From: the human T2T-CHM13v2.0 reference genome, Homo sapiens
Length of the DNA stretch: 64,000 bases
Assembly: GCF_009914755.1 (NCBI RefSeq)
Contig: NC_060944.1
Strand: one strand, 5' to 3'
A program made the position numbers and the translations under genes. The notes under the pieces are model-generated. The model was not told the origin of the DNA, ran no database searches, and worked only from the letters and a program-made list of their open reading frames with translations. Positions 39,301-52,900 of the stretch are shown here, piece by piece. Each line of letters starts with the position of its first letter. Position 1 is the stretch's first letter.

Positions 39301-42300
39301 CAGCATTGTCAGAAACTACTTTGTGATGTTTGCATTCAAGTCACAGAATTGAACACTCCCTTTCACAGAGCAGGTTTGAAACACTCTTTTTGTAGTGTCT
39401 GTAAGTGAACATTTGGATTGCTTTCAGGCCTAAGGTGAAAAAGGAAATATCTTCCCATAAAAACTAGACAGAAGCATTCTCAGAAACTTGTTTGTGATGT
39501 GTGCCCTCTACTGACAGAGTTGAACCTTTCTTTGCAAAGAGCAGTTTTGAAACACTCTTTTTGTAGAATCTGCAAGAGGATATTTGGATAGCTTTGAGGA
39601 TTTCTTGGGAAACGGGAATGTCTTCAGATAAACTCTAGACAGAAGCATTCTCAGAAACTTCTTTGGGATGTTTCAATTGAAGTCACAGTGTTGAACATTC
39701 CCTTTCACAGAGCAGGTTTGAAACACTCTTTTTGTAGTGTCTATAAGTGAACATTTGGCGTGCTTTCAGGCGTAACGTGAAAAAGGAAATATCTTCCCAT
39801 AAAAACTAGACAGAAGCATTCTCAGAAACTTGTTCTTGATGTGTCCCCTCTACTGACAGAGTTGAACCTTTCTTTGCAAAGAGCAGCTTTGAAACACTCT
39901 TTTTGTAGAATCTGCAAGAGGATATTTGGATAGCTTGGAGGATTTCGTTGGAAACGGGTATGTCTTCAGATAAACTCTAGACAGAAGCATTCTCAGAAAC
40001 TTCTTTGGGATGTTGCATTCAAGTCACAGAGTAGAACATTCCCATTCATAGAGCAGATTTGAAACACTCTTTTTGTAGTATCTGGAAGTGGACATTTGGA
40101 GCGCTTTCAGGCCTATGTTGAAAAAGGAAATATCTTCCCATAAAAACTAGACGGAAGCATTCTCAGAAACTTATTTGTGATGTGTTTGCTCAACTAACAG
40201 GATTGAACCATCGTTTTGAAGGAGCAGTTTTGAAACACTGTTTTCGTGGAATCTGCAAGTGGATATTTGGCTAGCTTTGAGGATTTCGTTGGAAACGGGA
40301 TTACATATAAAAAGGAGACAGCAGCATTCTCAGAAACTTCTTTGTGATGTCTGCATTCAATTCACAGAGTTGAGCATTCCCTTTCATAGAGCAGGTTGGA
40401 AACACTCTTTTTGTAGTATCTGGATGAGGACATTTGGAGCGCTTTCAGGCGTATGGTGAAAAAGGAAATATCTTCCCGTAAAAACTAGACAGAAGCATTC
40501 TCAGAAGTTTATTTGTGATGTGTGCCCTCAACTAACAGAGTTGAACCTTTCTTTTGATAGAGCAGTTTTGAAACACTCTTTTTGTAAAATCTGCAAGAGG
40601 ATATTTGGATAGCTTTGAGGATTTCGTTGCAAACGGGAATGGCTTCATATAAACTCTAGACAGAAGCATTCTCAGAAACTTCGTTGGGATGTTTCGATTG
40701 AAGTCCCAGTGTTGAACATTCCCTTTTATAGAGCAGGTTGGAAACACTCTTTCTGCATTCCCTGGAAGTGGACATTTGGAGCGCTTTCAGGACGACGGTG
40801 AAAATGGAAATATCTTCCAAGAAAATCTAGATAGAAGCAACGTCAGAAACTTTTATGTGATGGATCTACTCAGCTAACAGAGTTGAACCTTTCTTTTGAG
40901 AGAGCAGTTTTGCAACACTCTTTTTGTGGAATATGCAAGTGGATATTAGGGCAGCTTTGAGGATTTCGTTGGAAACGGGAATACATGTAAAAAGCAGACA
41001 GCAGCATTCTCAGAAACTTCTTTGTGATGTTTGCATTGAAGTCACAGAGTTGAACATTCCCTTTGAGAGAGCAGGTTTGAAACACGCCTTTTGTCATATC
41101 TGGAAGTGTCCATTCGGAGCGCATTCAGGCTTGTGTTGAAACAGGAAATATCCTCCCATAAAAACTAGACAGAAGCATTCTCAGAAACTTATTTGTGATG
41201 TATGTACTCAATTAACAGAACTAAACCATCGTTTTGAAGGAGCAGTTTTGAAACACTCTTTTTGCGGAATCTGCAAGTGGATATTTGGCTAGCTGGGAGG
41301 ATTTCGTTGGAAACGGGATTACATACAAAAAGCAGACAGCAGCATTCTCAGAAACTTCTTTGTGATGTTTGCATTCAAGTCACAGAGTTGAACATTCCCT
41401 TTCATAGAGCAGGTTTGAAACACTCTTTTTGTAGTATCTGGATGTGGACATTTGGATCGCTTTCAGGCCTATGGTGAAAAAGGAAATATCTTCCCATGAA
41501 AACTAGACAGAAGCATTCTCAGAAACTTATTTGTGATGTGTGCCCTCAACTGACAGTGTTGAACCTTTGTTTTGATAGAGCAGTTCTGAAACACACTTTT
41601 TGTAAAATCTGCAAGAGGATATTTGGATAGCTTTGAGGATTTCGTTGGAAACGGGAATGTCTTCATGTAAACTCTAGACAGAAGCATTCTCAGAAACTGC
41701 TTTGGGATGTTTCAATTGAAGTCCCAGTGTTGAACATTCCCATTCATAGAGCAGGTTTGAAACACTCTTTTTGTACTATCTGGAAGTGGACATTTGGAGC
41801 GCTTTCAGGTCTACGGTGAAAAAGGAGATATCTTCCAATAAAAACTAGATAGAAGCAATGTCAGAACTCTTTTCATGATGTATCTACTCAGCAAACAGAG
41901 TTGAACCTTTCTTTTGAGAGAGCAGTTTTGAAACACTCTTTTTGTGGAATATGCAAGTGGGTATTAGGCCAGCTTGGAGGATTTCGTTGGAAACGGGAAT
42001 ACGTATAAAAAGCAGACAGCAGCATTGTCAGAAACTACTTTGTGATGTTTGCATTCAAGTCACAGAATTGAACACTCCCTTTCACAGAGCAGGTTTGAAA
42101 CACTCTTTTTGTAGTGTCTGTAAGTGAACATTTGGATTGCTTTCAGGCCTAAGGTGAAAAAGGAAATATCTTCCCATAAAAACTAGACAGAAGCATTCTC
42201 AGAAACTTGTTTGTGATGTGTGCCCTCTACTGACAGAGTTGAACCTTTCTTTGCAAAGAGCAGTTTTGAAACACTCTTTTTGTAGAATCTGCAAGAGGAT

Positions 42301-44529
42301 ATTTGGATAGCTTTGAGGATTTCTTGGGAAACGGGAATGTCTTCAGATAAACTCTAGACAGAAGCATTCTCAGAAACTTCTTTGGGATGTTTCAATTGAA
42401 GTCACAGTGTTGAACATTCCCTTTCACAGAGCAGGTTTGAAACACTCTTTTTGTAGTGTCTATAAGTGAACATTTGGCGTGCTTTCAGGCGTAACGTGAA
42501 AAAGGAAATATCTTCCCATAAAAACTAGACAGAAGCATTCTCAGAAACTTGTTCTTGATGTGTCCCCTCTACTGACAGAGTTGAACCTTTCTTTGCAAAG
42601 AGCAGCTTTGAAACACTCTTTTTGTAGAATCTGCAAGAGGATATTTGGATAGCTTGGAGGATTTCGTTGGAAACGGGTATGTCTTCAGATAAACTCTAGA
42701 CAGAAGCATTCTCAGAAACTTCTTTGGGATGTTGCATTCAAGTCACAGAGTAGAACATTCCCATTCATAGAGCAGATTTGAAACACTCTTTTTGTAGTAT
42801 CTGGAAGTGGACATTTGGAGCGCTTTCAGGCCTATGTTGAAAAAGGAAATATCTTCCCATAAAAACTAGACGGAAGCATTCTCAGAAACTTATTTGTGAT
42901 GTGTTTGCTCAACTAACAGGATTGAACCATCGTTTTGAAGGAGCAGTTTTGAAACACTGTTTTCGTGGAATCTGCAAGTGGATATTTGGCTAGCTTTGAG
43001 GATTTCGTTGGAAACGGGATTACATATAAAAAGGAGACAGCAGCATTCTCAGAAACTTCTTTGTGATGTCTGCATTCAATTCACAGAGTTGAGCATTCCC
43101 TTTCATAGAGCAGGTTGGAAACACTCTTTTTGTAGTATCTGGATGAGGACATTTGGAGCGCTTTCAGGCGTATGGTGAAAAAGGAAATATCTTCCCGTAA
43201 AAACTAGACAGAAGCATTCTCAGAAGTTTATTTGTGATGTGTGCCCTCAACTAACAGAGTTGAACCTTTCTTTTGATAGAGCAGTTTTGAAACACTCTTT
43301 TTGTAAAATCTGCAAGAGGATATTTGGATAGCTTTGAGGATTTCGTTGCAAACGGGAATGGCTTCATATAAACTCTAGACAGAAGCATTCTCAGAAACTT
43401 CGTTGGGATGTTTCGATTGAAGTCCCAGTGTTGAACATTCCCTTTTATAGAGCAGGTTGGAAACACTCTTTCTGCATTCCCTGGAAGTGGACATTTGGAG
43501 CGCTTTCAGGACGACGGTGAAAATGGAAATATCTTCCAAGAAAATCTAGATAGAAGCAACGTCAGAAACTTTTATGTGATGGATCTACTCAGCTAACAGA
43601 GTTGAACCTTTCTTTTGAGAGAGCAGTTTTGCAACACTCTTTTTGTGGAATATGCAAGTGGATATTAGGGCAGCTTTGAGGATTTCGTTGGAAACGGGAA
43701 TACATGTAAAAAGCAGACAGCAGCATTCTCAGAAACTTCTTTGTGATGTTTGCATTGAAGTCACAGAGTTGAACATTCCCTTTGAGAGAGCAGGTTTGAA
43801 ACACGCCTTTTGTCATATCTGGAAGTGTCCATTCGGAGCGCATTCAGGCTTGTGTTGAAACAGGAAATATCCTCCCATAAAAACTAGACAGAAGCATTCT
43901 CAGAAACTTATTTGTGATGTATGTACTCAACTAACAGAACTAAACCATCGTTTTGAAGGAGCAGTTTTGAAACACTCTTTTTGCGGAATCTGCAAGTGGA
44001 TATTTGGCTAGCTGGGAGGATTTCGTTGGAAACGGGATTACATACAAAAAGCAGACAGCAGCATTCTCAGAAACTTCTTTGTGATGTTTGCATTCAAGTC
44101 ACAGAGTTGAACATTCCCTTTCATAGAGCAGGTTTGAAACACTCTTTTTGTAGTATCTGGATGTGGACATTTGGATCGCTTTCAGGCCTATGGTGAAAAA
44201 GGAAATATCTTCCCATGAAAACTAGACAGAAGCATTCTCAGAAACTTATTTGTGATGTGTGCCCTCAACTGACAGTGTTGAACCTTTGTTTTGATAGAGC
44301 AGTTCTGAAACACACTTTTTGTAAAATCTGCAAGAGGATATTTGGATAGCTTTGAGGATTTCGTTGGAAACGGGAATGTCTTCATGTAAACTCTAGACAG
44401 AAGCATTCTCAGAAACTGCTTTGGGATGTTTCAATTGAAGTCCCAGTGTTGAACATTCCCATTCATAGAGCAGGTTTGAAACACTCTTTTTGTACTATCT
44501 GGAAGTGGACATTTGGAGCGCTTTCAGGT

Positions 44530-46906
44530 CTACGGTGAAAAAGGAGATATCTTCCAATAAAAACTAGATAGAAGCAATGTCAGAACTCTTTTCATGATGT
44601 ATCTACTCAGCAAACAGAGTTGAACCTTTCTTTTGAGAGAGCAGTTTTGAAACACTCTTTTTGTGGAATATGCAAGTGGGTATTAGGCCAGCTTGGAGGA
44701 TTTCGTTGGAAACGGGAATACGTATAAAAAGCAGACAGCAGCATTGTCAGAAACTACTTTGTGATGTTTGCATTCAAGTCACAGAATTGAACACTCCCTT
44801 TCACAGAGCAGGTTTGAAACACTCTTTTTGTAGTGTCTGTAAGTGAACATTTGGATTGCTTTCAGGCCTAAGGTGAAAAAGGAAATATCTTCCCATAACA
44901 ACTAGACAGAAGCATTCTCAGAAACTTGTTTGTGATGTGTGCCCTCTACTGACAGAGTTGAACCTTTCTTTGCAAAGAGCAGTTTTGAAACACTCTTTTT
45001 GTAGAATCTGCAAGAGGATATTTGGATAGCTTTGAGGATTTCTTGGGAAACGGGAATGTCTTCAGATAAACTCTAGACAGAAGCATTCTCAGAAACTTCT
45101 TTGGGATGTTTCAATTGAAGTCACAGTGTTGAACATTCCCTTTCACAGAGCAGGTTTGAAACACTCTTTTTGTAGTGTCTATAAGTGAACATTTGGCGTG
45201 CTTTCAGGCCTAACGTGAAAAAGGAAATATCTTCCCATAAAAACTAGACAGAAGCATTCTCAGAAACTTGTTCTTGATGTGTCCCCTCTACTGACAGAGT
45301 TGAACCTTTCTTTGCAAAGAGCAGCTTTGAAACACTCTTTTTGTAGAATCTGCAAGAGGATATTTGGATAGCTTGGAGGATTTCGTTGGAAACGGGTATG
45401 TCTTCAGATAAACTCTAGACAGAAGCATTCTCAGAAACTTCTTTGGGATGTTGCATTCAAGTCACAGAGTAGAACATTCCCATTCATAGAGCAGATTTGA
45501 AACACTCTTTTTGTAGTATCTGGAAGTGGACATTTGGAGCGCTTTCAGGCCTATGTTGAAAAAGGAAATATCTTCCCATAAAAACTAGACGGAAGCATTC
45601 TCAGAAACTTATTTGTGATGTGTTTGCTCAACTAACAGGATTGAACCATCGTTTTGAAGGAGCAGTTTTGAAACACTGTTTTCGTGGAATCTGCAAGTGG
45701 ATATTTGGCTAGCTTTGAGGATTTCGTTGGAAACGGGATTACATATAAAAAGGAGACAGCAGCATTCTCAGAAACTTCTTTGTGATGTCTGCATTCAATT
45801 CACAGAGTTGAGCATTCCCTTTCATAGAGCAGGTTGGAAACACTCTTTTTGTAGTATCTGGATGAGGACATTTGGAGCGCTTTCAGGCGTATGGTGAAAA
45901 AGGAAATATCTTCCCGTAAAAACTAGACAGAAGCATTCTCAGAAGTTTATTTGTGATGTGTGCCCTCAACTAACAGAGTTGAACCTTTCTTTTGATAGAG
46001 CAGTTTTGAAACACTCTTTTTGTAAAATCTGCAAGAGGATATTTGGATAGCTTTGAGGATTTCGTTGCAAACGGGAATGGCTTCATATAAACTCTAGACA
46101 GAAGCATTCTCAGAAACTTCGTTGGGATGTTTCGATTGAAGTCCCAGTGTTGAACATTCCCTTTTATAGAGCAGGTTGGAAACACTCTTTCTGCATTCCC
46201 TGGAAGTGGACATTTGGAGCGCTTTCAGGACGACGGTGAAAATGGAAATATCTTCCAATAAAATCTAGATAGAAGCAACGTCAGAAACTTTTATGTGATG
46301 GATCTACTCAGCTAACAGAGTTGAACCTTTCTTTTGAGAGAGCAGTTTTGCAACACTCTTTTTGTGGAATATGCAAGTGGATATTAGGGCAGCTTTGAGG
46401 ATTTCGTTGGAAACGGGAATACATGTAAAAAGCAGACAGCAGCATTCTCAGAAACTTCTTTGTGATGTTTGCATTGAAGTCACAGAGTTGAACATTCCCT
46501 TTGAGAGAGCAGGTTTGAAACACGCCTTTTGTCATATCTGGAAGTGTCCATTCGGAGCGCATTCAGGCTTGTGTTGAAACAGGAAATATCCTCCCATAAA
46601 AACTAGACAGAAGCATTCTCAGAAACTTATTTGTGATGTATGTACTCAACTAACAGAACTAAACCATCGTTTTGAAGGAGCAGTTTTGAAACACTCTTTT
46701 TGCGGAATCTGCAAGTGGATATTTGGCTAGCTGGGAGGATTTCGTTGGAAACGGGATTACATACAAAAAGCAGACAGCAGCATTCTCAGAAACTTCTTTG
46801 TGATGTTTGCATTCAAGTCACAGAGTTGAACATTCCCTTTCATAGAGCAGGTTTGAAACACTCTTTTTGTACTATCTGGAAGTGGACATTTGGAGCGCTT
46901 TCAGGT
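44530..46906 (+). repeat. 14-monomer HOR variant U17 (2377 bp) with a hybrid monomer at ~46780-46950
   Basis: Marker spacing 44661 to 47038 is 2377 (2719-342). The ORF at 46700 is chimeric (ends ...FCTIWKWTFGALSGLR) and the 72-aa minus-strand ORF is missing from this unit. Confidence 0.93.
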
Positions 46907-49900
46907 CTACGGTGAAAAAGGAGATATCTTCCAATAAAAACTAGATAGAAGCAATGTCAGAACTCTTTTCATGATGTATCTACTCAGCAAACAGAGTTGA
47001 ACCTTTCTTTTGAGAGAGCAGTTTTGAAACACTCTTTTTGTGGAATATGCAAGTGGGTATTAGGCCAGCTTGGAGGATTTCGTTGGAAACGGGAATACGT
47101 ATAAAAAGCAGACAGCAGCATTGTCAGAAACTACTTTGTGATGTTTGCATTCAAGTCACAGAATTGAACACTCCCTTTCACAGAGCAGGTTTGAAACACT
47201 CTTTTTGTAGTGTCTGTAAGTGAACATTTGGATTGCTTTCAGGCCTAAGGTGAAAAAGGAAATATCTTCCCATAACAACTAGACAGAAGCATTCTCAGAA
47301 ACTTGTTTGTGATGTGTGCCCTCTACTGACAGAGTTGAACCTTTCTTTGCAAAGAGCAGTTTTGAAACACTCTTTTTGTAGAATCTGCAAGAGGATATTT
47401 GGATAGCTTTGAGGATTTCTTGGGAAACGGGAATGTCTTCAGATAAACTCTAGACAGAAGCATTCTCAGAAACTTCTTTGGGATGTTTCAATTGAAGTCA
47501 CAGTGTTGAACATTCCCTTTCACAGAGCAGGTTTGAAACACTCTTTTTGTAGTGTCTATAAGTGAACATTTGGCGTGCTTTCAGGCCTAACGTGAAAAAG
47601 GAAATATCTTCCCATAAAAACTAGACAGAAGCATTCTCAGAAACTTGTTCTTGATGTGTCCCCTCTACTGACAGAGTTGAACCTTTCTTTGCAAAGAGCA
47701 GCTTTGAAACACTCTTTTTGTAGAATCTGCAAGAGGATATTTGGATAGCTTGGAGGATTTCGTTGGAAACGGGTATGTCTTCAGATAAACTCTAGACAGA
47801 AGCATTCTCAGAAACTTCTTTGGGATGTTGCATTCAAGTCACAGAGTAGAACATTCCCATTCATAGAGCAGATTTGAAACACTCTTTTTGTAGTATCTGG
47901 AAGTGGACATTTGGAGCGCTTTCAGGCCTATGTTGAAAAAGGAAATATCTTCCCATAAAAACTAGACGGAAGCATTCTCAGAAACTTATTTGTGATGTGT
48001 TTGCTCAACTAACAGGATTGAACCATCGTTTTGAAGGAGCAGTTTTGAAACACTGTTTTCGTGGAATCTGCAAGTGGATATTTGGCTAGCTTTGAGGATT
48101 TCGTTGGAAACGGGATTACATATAAAAAGGAGACAGCAGCATTCTCAGAAACTTCTTTGTGATGTCTGCATTCAATTCACAGAGTTGAGCATTCCCTTTC
48201 ATAGAGCAGGTTGGAAACACTCTTTTTGTAGTATCTGGATGAGGACATTTGGAGCGCTTTCAGGCGTATGGTGAAAAAGGAAATATCTTCCCGTAAAAAC
48301 TAGACAGAAGCATTCTCAGAAGTTTATTTGTGATGTGTGCCCTCAACTAACAGAGTTGAACCTTTCTTTTGATAGAGCAGTTTTGAAACACTCTTTTTGT
48401 AAAATCTGCAAGAGGATATTTGGATAGCTTTGAGGATTTCGTTGCAAACGGGAATGGCTTCATATAAACTCTAGACAGAAGCATTCTCAGAAACTTCGTT
48501 GGGATGTTTCGATTGAAGTCCCAGTGTTGAACATTCCCTTTTATAGAGCAGGTTGGAAACACTCTTTCTGCATTCCCTGGAAGTGGACATTTGGAGCGCT
48601 TTCAGGACGACGGTGAAAATGGAAATATCTTCCAAGAAAATCTAGATAGAAGCAACGTCAGAAACTTTTATGTGATGGATCTACTCAGCTAACAGAGTTG
48701 AACCTTTCTTTTGAGAGAGCAGTTTTGCAACACTCTTTTTGTGGAATATGCAAGTGGATATTAGGGCAGCTTTGAGGATTTCGTTGGAAACGGGAATACA
48801 TGTAAAAAGCAGACAGCAGCATTCTCAGAAACTTCTTTGTGATGTTTGCATTGAAGTCACAGAGTTGAACATTCCCTTTGAGAGAGCAGGTTTGAAACAC
48901 GCCTTTTGTCATATCTGGAAGTGTCCATTCGGAGCGCATTCAGGCTTGTGTTGAAACAGGAAATATCCTCCCATAAAAACTAGACAGAAGCATTCTCAGA
49001 AACTTATTTGTGATGTATGTACTCAACTAACAGAACTAAACCATCGTTTTGAAGGAGCAGTTTTGAAACACTCTTTTTGCGGAATCTGCAAGTGGATATT
49101 TGGCTAGCTGGGAGGATTTCGTTGGAAACGGGATTACATACAAAAAGCAGACAGCAGCATTCTCAGAAACTTCTTTGTGATGTTTGCATTCAAGTCACAG
49201 AGTTGAACATTCCCTTTCATAGAGCAGGTTTGAAACACTCTTTTTGTAGTATCTGGATGTGGACATTTGGATCGCTTTCAGGCCTATGGTGAAAAAGGAA
49301 ATATCTTCCCATGAAAACTAGACAGAAGCATTCTCAGAAACTTATTTGTGATGTGTGCCCTCAACTGACAGTGTTGAACCTTTGTTTTGATAGAGCAGTT
49401 CTGAAACACACTTTTTGTAAAATCTGCAAGAGGATATTTGGATAGCTTTGAGGATTTCGTTGGAAACGGGAATGTCTTCATGTAAACTCTAGACAGAAGC
49501 ATTCTCAGAAACTGCTTTGGGATGTTTCAATTGAAGTCCCAGTGTTGAACATTCCCATTCATAGAGCAGGTTTGAAACACTCTTTTTGTACTATCTGGAA
49601 GTGGACATTTGGAGCGCTTTCAGGTCTACGGTGAAAAAGGAGATATCTTCCAATAAAAACTAGATAGAAGCAATGTCAGAACTCTTTTCATGATGTATCT
49701 ACTCAGCAAACAGAGTTGAACCTTTCTTTTGAGAGAGCAGTTTTGAAACACTCTTTTTGTGGAATATGCAAGTGGGTATTAGGCCAGCTTGGAGGATTTC
49801 GTTGGAAACGGGAATACGTATAAAAAGCAGACAGCAGCATTGTCAGAAACTACTTTGTGATGTTTGCATTCAAGTCACAGAATTGAACACTCCCTTTCAC

Positions 49901-52900
49901 AGAGCAGGTTTGAAACACTCTTTTTGTAGTGTCTGTAAGTGAACATTTGGATTGCTTTCAGGCCTAAGGTGAAAAAGGAAATATCTTCCCATAAAAACTA
50001 GACAGAAGCATTCTCAGAAACTTGTTTGTGATGTGTGCCCTCTACTGACAGAGTTGAACCTTTCTTTGCAAAGAGCAGTTTTGAAACACTCTTTTTGTAG
50101 AATCTGCAAGAGGATATTTGGATAGCTTTGAGGATTTCTTGGGAAACGGGAATGTCTTCAGATAAACTCTAGACAGAAGCATTCTCAGAAACTTCTTTGG
50201 GATGTTTCAATTGAAGTCACAGTGTTGAACATTCCCTTTCACAGAGCAGGTTTGAAACACTCTTTTTGTAGTGTCTATAAGTGAACATTTGGCGTGCTTT
50301 CAGGCCTAACGTGAAAAAGGAAATATCTTCCCATAAAAACTAGACAGAAGCATTCTCAGAAACTTGTTCTTGATGTGTCCCCTCTACTGACAGAGTTGAA
50401 CCTTTCTTTGCAAAGAGCAGCTTTGAAACACTCTTTTTGTAGAATCTGCAAGAGGATATTTGGATAGCTTGGAGGATTTCGTTGGAAACGGGTATGTCTT
50501 CAGATAAACTCTAGACAGAAGCATTCTCAGAAACTTCTTTGGGATGTTGCATTCAAGTCACAGAGTAGAACATTCCCATTCATAGAGCAGATTTGAAACA
50601 CTCTTTTTGTAGTATCTGGAAGTGGACATTTGGAGCGCTTTCAGGCCTATGTTGAAAAAGGAAATATCTTCCCATAAAAACTAGACGGAAGCATTCTCAG
50701 AAACTTATTTGTGATGTGTTTGCTCAACTAACAGGATTGAACCATCGTTTTGAAGGAGCAGTTTTGAAACACTGTTTTCGTGGAATCTGCAAGTGGATAT
50801 TTGGCTAGCTTTGAGGATTTCGTTGGAAACGGGATTACATATAAAAAGGAGACAGCAGCATTCTCAGAAACTTCTTTGTGATGTCTGCATTCAATTCACA
50901 GAGTTGAGCATTCCCTTTCATAGAGCAGGTTGGAAACACTCTTTTTGTAGTATCTGGATGAGGACATTTGGAGCGCTTTCAGGCGTATGGTGAAAAAGGA
51001 AATATCTTCCCGTAAAAACTAGACAGAAGCATTCTCAGAAGTTTATTTGTGATGTGTGCCCTCAACTAACAGAGTTGAACCTTTCTTTTGATAGAGCAGT
51101 TTTGAAACACTCTTTTTGTAAAATCTGCAAGAGGATATTTGGATAGCTTTGAGGATTTCGTTGCAAACGGGAATGGCTTCATATAAACTCTAGACAGAAG
51201 CATTCTCAGAAACTTCGTTGGGATGTTTCGATTGAAGTCCCAGTGTTGAACATTCCCTTTTATAGAGCAGGTTGGAAACACTCTTTCTGCATTCCCTGGA
51301 AGTGGACATTTGGAGCGCTTTCAGGACGACGGTGAAAATGGAAATATCTTCCAAGAAAATCTAGATAGAAGCAACGTCAGAAACTTTTATGTGATGGATC
51401 TACTCAGCTAACAGAGTTGAACCTTTCTTTTGAGAGAGCAGTTTTGCAACACTCTTTTTGTGGAATATGCAAGTGGATATTAGGGCAGCTTTGAGGATTT
51501 CGTTGGAAACGGGAATACATGTAAAAAGCAGACAGCAGCATTCTCAGAAACTTCTTTGTGATGTTTGCATTGAAGTCACAGAGTTGAACATTCCCTTTGA
51601 GAGAGCAGGTTTGAAACACGCCTTTTGTCATATCTGGAAGTGTCCATTCGGAGCGCATTCAGGCTTGTGTTGAAAAAGGAAATATCCTCCCATAAAAACT
51701 AGACAGAAGCATTCTCAGAAACTTATTTGTGATGTATGTACTCAACTAACAGAACTAAACCATCGTTTTGAAGGAGCAGTTTTGAAACACTCTTTTTGCG
51801 GAATCTGCAAGTGGATATTTGGCTAGCTGGGAGGATTTCGTTGGAAACGGGATTACATACAAAAAGCAGACAGCAGCATTCTCAGAAACTTCTTTGTGAT
51901 GTTTGCATTCAAGTCACAGAGTTGAACATTCCCTTTCATAGAGCAGGTTTGAAACACTCTTTTTGTAGTATCTGGATGTGGACATTTGGATCGCTTTCAG
52001 GCCTATGGTGAAAAAGGAAATATCTTCCCATGAAAACTAGACAGAAGCATTCTCAGAAACTTATTTGTGATGTGTGCCCTCAACTGACAGTGTTGAACCT
52101 TTGTTTTGATAGAGCAGTTCTGAAACACACTTTTTGTAAAATCTGCAAGAGGATATTTGGATAGCTTTGAGGATTTCGTTGGAAACGGGAATGTCTTCAT
52201 GTAAACTCTAGACAGAAGCATTCTCAGAAACTGCTTTGGGATGTTTCAATTGAAGTCCCAGTGTTGAACATTCCCATTCATAGAGCAGGTTTGAAACACT
52301 CTTTTTGTACTATCTGGAAGTGGACATTTGGAGCGCTTTCAGGTCTACGGTGAAAAAGGAGATATCTTCCAATAAAAACTAGATAGAAGCAATGTCAGAA
52401 CTCTTTTCATGATGTATCTACTCAGCAAACAGAGTTGAACCTTTCTTTTGAGAGAGCAGTTTTGAAACACTCTTTTTGTGGAATATGCAAGTGGGTATTA
52501 GGCCAGCTTGGAGGATTTCGTTGGAAACGGGAATACGTATAAAAAGCAGACAGCAGCATTGTCAGAAACTACTTTGTGATGTTTGCATTCAAGTCACAGA
52601 ATTGAACACTCCCTTTCACAGAGCAGGTTTGAAACACTCTTTTTGTAGTGTCTGTAAGTGAACATTTGGATTGCTTTCAGGCCTAAGGTGAAAAAGGAAA
52701 TATCTTCCCATAAAAACTAGACAGAAGCATTCTCAGAAACTTGTTTGTGATGTGTGCCCTCTACTGACAGAGTTGAACCTTTCTTTGCAAAGAGCAGTTT
52801 TGAAACACTCTTTTTGTAGAATCTGCAAGAGGATATTTGGATAGCTTTGAGGATTTCTTGGGAAACGGGAATGTCTTCAGATAAACTCTAGACAGAAGCA

